From Trichoplax sp. H2 (taxonomy: Eukaryota), in the NCBI GenBank assembly GCA_003344405.1, contig NOWV01000201.1, positions 114,156 to 134,155 of the forward strand: a stretch of 20,000 bases of DNA, given 5' to 3'. Made by a program: the position numbers and the translations under genes. Positions 1 to 9,352 of this stretch are shown here, in pieces (within the stretch, counting starts at the first letter, position 1; each line of letters begins with the position of its first letter). Under the pieces are notes generated by a model, which had not been told where the DNA came from, did no database searches, and saw nothing but the letters and a program-made list of their open reading frames with translations.

Positions 1-428
1 CTCAGTCTACAAGTAGAAAGATATATTATTGCAGAGTTTAGAAAGAAACTCTAACGCTAACAGTATTGTATTATATATACAGTATAGTACAATATTGTGT
101 TATGGTGTTAGCGTATTGAGCTCAGAATTCTTTCTCTGTGCAGCAGTCTCTCTCTCTCTCTCTACCTTGGACTTGAAAGACTTAGAGTAATAAAGTTCTC
201 TACTCTGAAACAGTTCTCTCTCGTCTCAGTCTACAAGTAGAAAGACATATTGCAGAGTTCAGAAAAAACGCTAACCCTAACGGTATTGTGTTATGATGTT
301 AGCGTACAGAGCTCAGAATCCTTTCTCTGTGCAGCAGTCTCTCTCTCTCTCTCTACCTTGGACTTGAGAGACTTAGAGTAATAAAGTTCTCTACTCTGAA
401 ACAGTTCTCTCTCGTCTCAGTCTACAAG

Positions 429-435
429 TACAGTA
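429..435. mobile_element. Tc1/mariner-type excision footprint TACAGTA
   Basis: This satellite unit reads AAG-TACAGTA-GAAAG where the sister units read AAG-TA-GAAAG (+CAGTA). Confidence 0.75.
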
Positions 436-736
436 GAAAGACATATTGCAGAGTTCAGAACAAACGCTAACCCTAACAGTATTGTGTTATGGTGTTAGCG
501 TATTGAGCTCAGAATCCTTTCTCTGTGCAGCAGTCTCTCTCTCTCTCTTTCTACCTTGGACTTGAAAGACTTAGAGTAATAAAGTTCTCTACTCTGAAAC
601 AGTTCTCTCTTGTCTCAGTCTATAAGTAGAAAGACATATTGCAGAGTTCAGAACAAACGCTAACCCTAACAGTACTGTGTTATGGTGTTAGCGTACTGAG
701 CTCAGAATCCTTTCTCTGTGCAGCAGTCTCTCTCTC

Positions 737-743
737 TACTGTA
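737..743. mobile_element. Tc1/mariner-type excision footprint TACTGTA
   Basis: This unit reads C-TACTGTA-CCTTGG where the sister units read C-TA-CCTTGG (+CTGTA). Confidence 0.75.
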
Positions 744-1516
744 CCTTGGACTTGAGAGACTTAGAGTAATAAAGTTCTCTACTCTGAAACAGTTCTCTCT
801 CGTCTCAGTCTACAAGTAGAAAGATATATTATTGCAGAGTTCTGAAAAAAACTACTGTAGTGTAGATACTGCACTGCATTCGCCATAAAGCTGCGATTAG
901 ACGCAATTTCATGACTATTCTACATACAGTAGACTAGAATGTTTATTTTCTTCTCTTCCATCGGAAATTTCCACCCGCTTGTCTGTCTGTAAAAGGCTCC
1001 GTTGCAGTCCATGTCAGGAATGGACGTCCTTCTGTCTTTCCCAGTACTGGGCCGACACTGGAACCGTTCCAGTATCATACAGCGCAGTAGTTGAACGACA
1101 TTAATTTTGCGTCAATACTCGTCATGTAGTCCTATTGCTATTTCGGTAAGTATTTCGCTTCGCGGGTATTTCGAAATTTGGACTTAAGGGATGTCTAAAT
1201 GGTCAATTTCAGTTCATTCAATGGACGCTAACGGTAATATAACTCAACTGCTACAGTATGATAGGCTATTATTTAGAGGAATCAAGTCATTGGCAGAAAT
1301 AATATCGTTATTGTATGTCTCATCTACTGTAAAACTGGCTGGCTAGGCTAGCAATACAGTAAGTAGCAAGTCCATCCACCTAGGCGACATTACTTTTGTA
1401 AAAGTTGACTGCATACAAAAGGCAATAGTAAACTCAAGCCTTGGACACGGTACAGGTTTCCATGGTGGCAAGGACAGTATGGCAAAGCCAAGGTAATCTC
1501 GGAGCAACCCGCAATC

Positions 1517-4473
1517 ATGGCTCGCAATAAAGAAAAGCAATTTAGCAAATTAAATCGTTTTCTCCTAGCTAAGCAAATTGAAGATGATGAAGCTCAAGGT
1601 TGTTGGCACAAATTGACTTGACGTAATAATAGTCATTCACCAAATTTCATACATTGACAACATACTCATAGACTAGTATGGATTATTCTGGCTATCAACA
1701 AATAAATCAAGATGCATATCCTACGGTAGAGTAGTAGCTAGTAGTACAGCTAACGACTTGCAAGTTTGGCCATTCTGTAATAGAATTTACTGTATTGCCC
1801 ATAATTACAACTAAGTAGGAAGATAATCACCATTGTAACCGGTATGTGGTATTTTAGCATCGATGGGTAAATTCTGCAATGGTAAAAGAAATTACCTTAT
1901 TCATGACTCTCAGTTTGTAAGAATAGTAGTATATTGATGCAAAGCATCACCAGCCAGGACATTTGTAGTAGTGTTATTGTAGAAATAGAGAAATAGAATA
2001 CGGTAGTAACTGACTATCTACTTTAGCATAATACACGTGTATATCAACAGGGGGATCGCTATTACGTGTAGAAACTTGCAGACGCATAAGCTTTAGCCAG
2101 ACTTGGATAAACTTAATGTAGTATAGAGGATAGATGTCATCTTGAACTAAATAACTGATATATGAATGCAACTGATTTTATCGCATCGAAATGTTGCACC
2201 TTTTTTAAAATCAACCTTTATTAATGATAGGCGAGAGACTGATCAGCAAGCAAAGGCCTCCATTGGTAAATTACTCTTTCAAGCTGATGCATAAATTAAA
2301 TTAAACCATGAATAGTTTCACTTCTTATCCTGAATTTACAGTAAAAGCTTTTGTCTTATGCCTGTTACCGTATTGATGCTAACCATAGAGTTGATTTCTC
2401 CCTGTTTCCGATTTGCAATTGTATGTAGAATGTAGACAACATGTAATGAATAGGTTTTTAATCCTTTATCGACAATTACTTTATTAAGCACAACCGACTA
2501 CTCTGCGCCATATACTTGTACAGTAGTGCTTTACTTCCTATTGCTATTATCATGGACTACTAGAAGGTCTTCTTAGATGTTCATGCTATTACACTTTTAA
2601 AACACCTAATTACTGCTGTAATTAGCTGAAATCACTATGCAAACATCTTCAGCATATGGAACATCAAGCTGAAGGTTATTTACTGTTAAACACAATAATT
2701 AATATTCACTTGATTTAGTACTACGTAGTAGTCCTCATAGGAGGACAACAGTGAATACTTGATAATTAGATAATTATATTCATTTTCTGTAATGTTACAT
2801 AATTGTATACAGATAGGAAGGATAAACTGAGGATGATACAGTGGTGATATTTTAACGATTATTGTTGTCGAATAAGCGCTTACCTCATATCATTGATTGC
2901 TATATGGATCTACTGTCTTTTAAGCGTACTTTAAAGACTGCTGAAGATGTAAAAAAGTGGATTCCAAGCATCAAAAGAGAGCTTGATTATTATTTACAAG
3001 TAAGAATGAATTAAAAATAATGAGATAAATACTGTATAGGCCGATCCTATTTAATGCTACCCAACTTTGTCTACAGGGTATACTGATATAATGTAGTTAA
3101 TAGTTATAAGATTGAATACTATATCTTTTCGTCATACGATTACAATAATATAAATACTCGTACGTGTATAGATGAGGGTTCATTTCAATGACATGATACT
3201 CTCTGACTTAACTAGACTATAATTTCATTATAATGGATGATTCTGTTCATTAGGATATTATAATATCTACTAATTCTCTTCTTCATAGCAAATATCCGGA
3301 GTGCGCAATTATCCTGAAGTAAAAATAAAAGAATTTAGGGAAAAAGTAGATAACTTAGAGATAGAACATAAGAGGTACAACCGGATATCATATCAATAAG
3401 AACTGCCAAATATGTAACCGCTTTATTGAATAAAAAATCGCGTCATGCATACGACGAGGACGAGTCTTTCGATTTTTAAGTCGCAATCTGAAAAATCTTC
3501 ATAAATATCTACATATTTACGTCTAGAAATAATTCATGTTCGTCCTATTATAGAGTATACGATGCTTCAATGTTATTATTTCGTTGATGTCGAAGCTAGG
3601 TTTATTAAAAAAGTTTACCAGCTAGAACCTCAAACAATCGACGAACCTTGGAAACCTCGAGCTTACCGCAGTAAGAAGCGCCTGTGCGAACAGCCCCAAG
3701 GTAAAATTATAGACTATATATGCGCATACGCGTTATCAGTTCTGATTGAACACCTTTCAAATAAACCATATTAGCAGTTTTGTTATTGTATTTACTGGAA
3801 ATGGATACTGTTTTGATGACTTCAGGAGATCAGTTGCAGATAAAGAAAGTTCATTTACCGTTGTTAGAAAAGGAAAAGCAACTAAGTTCTGCTAGAACAA
3901 ACTGTGAAGGTGAAATGATCTCGCAACATATTCCAACTAATTTTCAGGACCAACCTTTAAAACTGAAATCGGTACCTAGTCCGTATTTATTAGCAACTGC
4001 TGCCCGTTATTCTAAGGTACGGTATTGTTAGTAGTGGATGGTTATCCTATCGATAATTCCGTGATAATATCACCAACGATCTAGTAGTAGATCGTTTTAC
4101 AGAAGGTTTTACAAAGAATAGAGTACAGATAAATATATCTACGCTGAGTTGTTGAGTAAAGTTAATATTGATTCTTGTACTTAAAGAGTCAAGTTACTAA
4201 TCAACCGTTGCCGCCTGCACAGAATGAGACTGAAGAAAATTGTAAAGTCAATAACTGGTAAGGTAGTGTAACTATACAGATTATAGTGATAATAATCACC
4301 TTATATTGATTATTGGCGAACGACGTTATTCGTTAATATTGAATTGCAAATTTCGTAATATCTGCTTTAATCATTATACAAATTATCTGCAATAATGAGG
4401 TAATTTTAACATTTCAATTTTCAGTCTTGGTCTTGACTACTCATCAAGTGATTCAGATAACGAAAAAGTATGA
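1517..4473 (+). CDS. Uncharacterised ISY1-like protein (divergent homologue of the NTC splicing factor Isy1), 229 aa, 8 exons
   Basis: Exons 1517-1598, 2231-2265, 2925-2999, 3289-3374, 3600-3700, 3826-4016, 4187-4257, 4425-4473. All introns are GT-AG and phase-compatible (690 nt in total). Protein: MARNKEKQFSKLNRFLLAKQIEDDEAQGERLISKQRPPLRTLKTAEDVKKWIPSIKRELDYYLQQISGVRNYPEVKIKEFREKVDNLEIEHKRFIKKVYQLEPQTIDEPWKPRAYRSKK...CLGLDYSSSDSDNEKV*. The N-terminal ~100 aa align by eye to Isy1 (MARNxEK, RPxL, KW, IxxE, QI, ExKI). Confidence 0.85.
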
Positions 4474-5241
4474 GTACAGCCTTGGATGATTAGTTTTACA
4501 ATTTTATCTCATTGTAATTCCAGTGAGTTAGCTACTCTTACTAGCTCCAACATGTACATTACCTATTTAATATGCTAAATACAAACGCACATAGTGAGTT
4601 ATGCAAAATATCTTTATTGCACCATTTTTATCTAATTGTTACCAACTCCGATATTGATAAAAAATATTACATTAGAACGTATGTTAGGCACGCGTTTTAC
4701 TGTAAATGAAGTAGTAGTAGCTCATTGGAGATTGACTGGATCATCAAGCAATTGATGCATTGGCTGATCGTAGAGATCAAGTTATTATGATGATCATTTG
4801 GATAACTTGGATAATGCCCCTTCACTGCAAAGTAGAAAATAAAAATCTTCATTTTTAAGAAAAAAGGGTTTAAATCTATTGTTAAATGTATAGTATCATT
4901 GATTATTGACCGATGACACAATTACAACAGAGACAATTATATCATAACATTATGAAGAAATGAGACAAAAAATATATCGAATCGAACGACTACCACACTG
5001 TAAAACATATTGGTACTGTATACAGTTGTTTCATAGTTTCAAAATTTACTTCTAATTTAACCATTACAATGCCGTGGTAATAATAATCCTTTGCTGTACA
5101 TAAGTGGCATAATTTCTAATGACATAAATAAAAAAGCATATTGCTGACTTTATAAAATCTGTACAGTTTGTTTGCACAGAATATTTTTTGGGAAGTTACT
5201 TAAAAACAATAAAATTTAAAGAAATCTAACGTTGAAGATTG

Positions 5242-8200
5242 CTAAAAGACTTCCTGGGCTAGAGATTTCAAAGCACTAGCAATTTGCTTTATCTGGCTGT
5301 TAGTAAATCCAGTTGTGATTGCTAAACGAATACTGCAAAGGAAAGAGTAATATATGATTAGTAAAGATCATACACCATATTAAGGTATTGAAAAAATAAT
5401 AAAGAATATCATTAAACCGTAAACCTAAGTTGTACTGTAACTAGAAGTGATTTTAGGCAAATTTTACCTGGGTGCAGGTAGATGTAACTCGTCGTGATCT
5501 AAATATTTCGCTACATTTGCTATGATCTTGTGTTGATCTTGCAACTAAAAGTAATAGGAAGATAAGTAACTTGATGAATATTTCTTATATCAGTTGCCGT
5601 ATAGTGTAGTTCACATTGTTAAGAAGTCATACTTTCTGAACAAAAATTTCGAGTTTAGCTTCATCTTCCGACCGAGACGATGACGGCGCGCTCAAGAATA
5701 AGTGAACAATGGGGGAGTTAATGTTGCCACTAACATTAAATCCCTTAATTCTTTATAAAGGAAAATGAGTACGTATTATGAGCGAAGCTTAAGCGAGAAT
5801 ACTTCAAATACAATAAGATTGTAGGTGATCATAATTTCGAGGCTACATACTTTGCAATCTCTTTTCTAAACAGTGCACTTTTTGACTGAAGTTCAGAGAA
5901 AATTTCTAATTTTGAAATAGAAAAATGTAAATTGCCTAGCAAGTCTTATATAAATACATGCTGTGTATATTACTTGGTTCTGCTTCCATATAGTCGAACG
6001 CAGCAAGTGCAGCTTTTGCAAATAATGGTGGAAGAGATGCAGAAAAACAATATCCTAATCCTGAAAGGCGCTATAAACAAATAAACGTATAAGAGAATTA
6101 GATTCGATTGTATTAATGACATCGTACGTATTTATCTCTCTAATTAATTATCTGAGAGCAATAACATAAAACTAGTGCTTGCCTGATGGTCTACAACATA
6201 TGAATCGCCACAGCAAAATCCTCCAGAAGTAGCTACGGAATGCTCTAGTGACGCTGACATCAAATCTATGTCCTCTGTCTGTAAGCAAAGAGTTATTGAG
6301 AAATTGATTGTTTCCTATAGGTAATTTAAAAGTAATAACGTGAACGAGACGTACCGGTAAATTATAGTGGTCTGCCAGACCTTTACCAGATTTGCCTAAG
6401 ACTCCAAATGAATAACTTTCATCCAATAGGATGCGGAATTTATACTTATACTTTAATTCGATCTAGTGGTAGGCCGTGAAGAAAAATGATATTGAGTCAT
6501 TCCGAAGATAAAGTTGGTAAGTAAAATTTTTATATTTTCATCAAGTTATCGACTAATATACCAGTTCCGGTAATGGCAGGATGTTTCCAGTATTAATATA
6601 AAGGCCTTCAACAACTACAAATCTTCTTGTGATTTTAGCTAATTTTGGATTCTTTAAAATTGAATAAAATTTTTACATATAGATAAGTATGATGGTAGTG
6701 TATAGCTTATGAAACGTCTTATGAATTAAATGCGTTAGCTCAATTGGACACTGCCGATTATTCCGAAGCTACTAACTTCTTCGTCAAATTTTGCTTGCTT
6801 CTGCAATAGTCTTTCCAGGTCTTGCATATCGTTATGCTTAAATGGTCGACGTTGGCTTCGTGATGAAACAATTCCTCTCTGATTAGAAAATGATACTGCT
6901 TCGTCGCTATAACGCACATATAACGGAAATATCGAAGTTACTAACATTCGTAAGAGACTAATACATATTCATAATGGTAGAAGTGAATTATTTATCTGCA
7001 TTAATTCAATCGCACATCCAAGCGATAACTTCGCCTACAATAATGTTAAAATCTTGATAGGAGCCAGAAGACTTACTAAAATATGATATCACCGCGCTTA
7101 GAATAAGATGGAATAGCACTTGATACAGTAGCAAATAAAAACGAGTATAACACAGCTTCTTCACGTCCTAAGAAGTCTGCAATTCGTTTTTCGAGGTCGT
7201 TATGTACATCTACATTAAGTAATAAAAGAACACTATCAGTTAAGATTAGTATTTATAGATCAATTATTTTTCGATGATTAATAGGAAAATATTGTGGCAA
7301 CAATGAAAATAAGAATCTTCTTAAATTCTTTAGTAATGAAGCAGACTGTAGTTGGCTAGCAAATTTACGATTTGAATAGTTGATGACAAATGGTCTACTT
7401 ACTCATTGTACCATAAAAACCACGCGGACCACAAGATCCAACTCCAAACTGGTGTATACCATCAACTGCAGCTTTCTGTTGTGATATTATACGTTAACTT
7501 TGAATAATGCTACCATAGGATATAAATAGTGTTAATATTGAAAGTTCTATACTTACTTTTAGTTTCTCATTGCCAATCAAGTTAATAAAGTTGAAAGATG
7601 TAAGATTATAACATTTTTCACCGTCGATTTCCATTATCGGGCCACTTTTACTGTAGCAAACATACATATACATTAAAGTGATTTTAGAGCACGGCGCCAA
7701 TCGAATTTCATTGTGAGTCGTTATTGCAGCATTATTTATAAGTTAATAGTATCAAGTTACAATTATTGTGATTGGTGTTTATCAAGAATTATTCGTACTG
7801 CTAGTTAATTAAGTAGTAATCATATTCTAGTCGATATTACAGTGCTATTGATAGTGTTCTACTGTAGAACGGATGCTGAAGAATATTAGATTATTATTAT
7901 ACGATATCGTTATACCCAGTAATAATCCTTGGCTCCGATCGAGGTTTTCCTTTGCTGGGTGGTGCCAGCGGCTCTGGAGTCCATTCTCTAATGAGCTCTT
8001 CTTCCTCCTTTATTCATAAATAAAGCAAAATGAGCTTCAGTCTAGTGCTAATTATCAGAAATATAACTTTTGACTATAACACCAAGGAGCATAGCGCAAT
8101 AGTCATTATAACTTGACAGTAGTAGAATGAATACATTAGAGATGCAAAGTTTCCAACTAACCATTTTAGTAAGTTTTTCGTTTTGGTTAGTAGAAAGTCT

Positions 8201-8275
8201 ATAGCTTTTCGCAAACAATAGTCTTATAACTAGTATAACCAAGATCGTCTCAAAAACAACATGATATAGTGGCAC
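5242..8275 (-). CDS. SPTLC1: Serine palmitoyltransferase subunit 1 (LCB1), 5'-partial model with 14 exons
   Basis: Exons (minus): 8275-8162, 8007-7916, 7650-7557, 7475-7403, 7209-7077, 6906-6777, 6651-6562, 6462-6355, 6278-6183, 6070-5974, 5905-5851, 5750-5633, 5544-5468, 5332-5242 (TAG). All are phase-compatible. Hallmark peptides: [100 protein letters not shown]. The PLP-binding Lys is absent (SASLEHS), as expected for LCB1 rather than LCB2. Confidence 0.97.
6071..6182 (-). other. SPTLC1: Non-canonical GC-AG intron in SPTLC1
   Basis: The exon ends ...GAC CAT CAG|GCAAGC and the next begins TTTATAG|CGC CTT TCA, restoring the conserved DHQ/RLSG. No phase-0 GT occurs before the in-frame TAA. 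Confidence 0.9.
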
Positions 8276-9158
8276 CTAATAACAAAGAAATGAATGCAAT
8301 GTTAGACTGCAATATTTTTTGATGCAAGCAAATTCGACATCAAATGTTAGTATTTAAAAATATCTAAAAATTAGGATATGGGCACATATCGATCAGACAT
8401 AATTACTCTGACTGTGATAATAATATAATAGGAATTATTGCCTATTTTAGGTTCTCTTATAAGAATATTATTGTATAATTAAGATAGTTTGAAGCTTATC
8501 GTAGGACAAGTATGATTTACAACGCTAATATACCGAGTGTATATCGGCTCACACAATTATAGAGTGCCACGCCACGACTGGGTGAAAAGTGGCTGCCAAT
8601 TGCGCATCATTTGGTCGATCCTCTCAATGATTAGCTTTGATGGACTATATTTATTTTGTAGTGGATTATTTACGATTGCTTTTCAGGATGTAGACGACCA
8701 TATTATACGCATACTCACTTTACATTTAGCAATTTATATTTTACATGTCATATCTGTTGTCTCAGTACTTAGGATTGATCACATTAGTAAAGTACTTACT
8801 ACTGCGTATCTTTCGCAGCATTTGCACTAGTATTATCTGTACTAGCATGATATATTAATTCTAAATAGGCCTTCTTGTTGCAGTATGGATCACAGCTTGG
8901 TATGAATTCTTAGTTTCACGTTAAGCAATATTCTTCTAGCCTGGTGATAGCTATGCAAAGTTGTGAGATTAAAATCTTGCTACATCAAAAATTAATGATG
9001 TAGCCTTTCTCCTCAGTTATCATCTGCAACTATCCAAAAATATGGCTGTTATTCATAGATTAGATGCATTAGCGATACTATTGCTCCAGGTCAAGGCTTA
9101 CTGCATGATTCGAGTAAAATAGATATAGAGGATGCATTACGTCAGATAGTACGTATCA

Positions 9159-9352
9159 ATTTATTGTAGCCAGTAACTTGCAGATACGATTAAAAACCTA
9201 TTGAAATTTTACAGTGATAATAGAATGTATTGCGTTTTGTAAGTATTTTATAGAGCATCCATTTATTGTAGCCAGTAACTTGCAGATATGATTCAAAAAT
9301 TATAGAAATTTCGATAGCACAATGTATTCGAAATTTGGAAGTAATTTATGGT
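9159..9352. repeat. Diverged tandem duplication, two ~100-bp copies
   Basis: ATTTATTGTAGCCAGTAACTTGCAGATA occurs at 9159 and 9261 (period 102), with weaker similarity continuing downstream. Confidence 0.9.

Larger units (their letters stand above)
1..852. repeat. Tandem satellite, ~190-bp unit, >=4.3 copies, truncated by the window start
   Basis: The unit anchor CTCAGTCTA recurs at 1, 225, 416, 614 and 804 (periods 224, 191, 198, 190). Each unit has a variable (CT)n tract and a CTAAC(C/G)CTAAC motif. Similarity ends at ~852. Confidence 0.97.

Noticed and set aside
1..852. Left array as a true telomere or ribozyme tandem
   Set aside because: Only about two degenerate hexamers per unit, and no CUGANGA/GAAA core on either strand.
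1343..2171. Minus-strand ORFs 1343-1540 and 1974-2171
   Set aside because: They are antisense to the ISY1-like 5' region and intron, use non-ATG starts and have no recognisable similarity.
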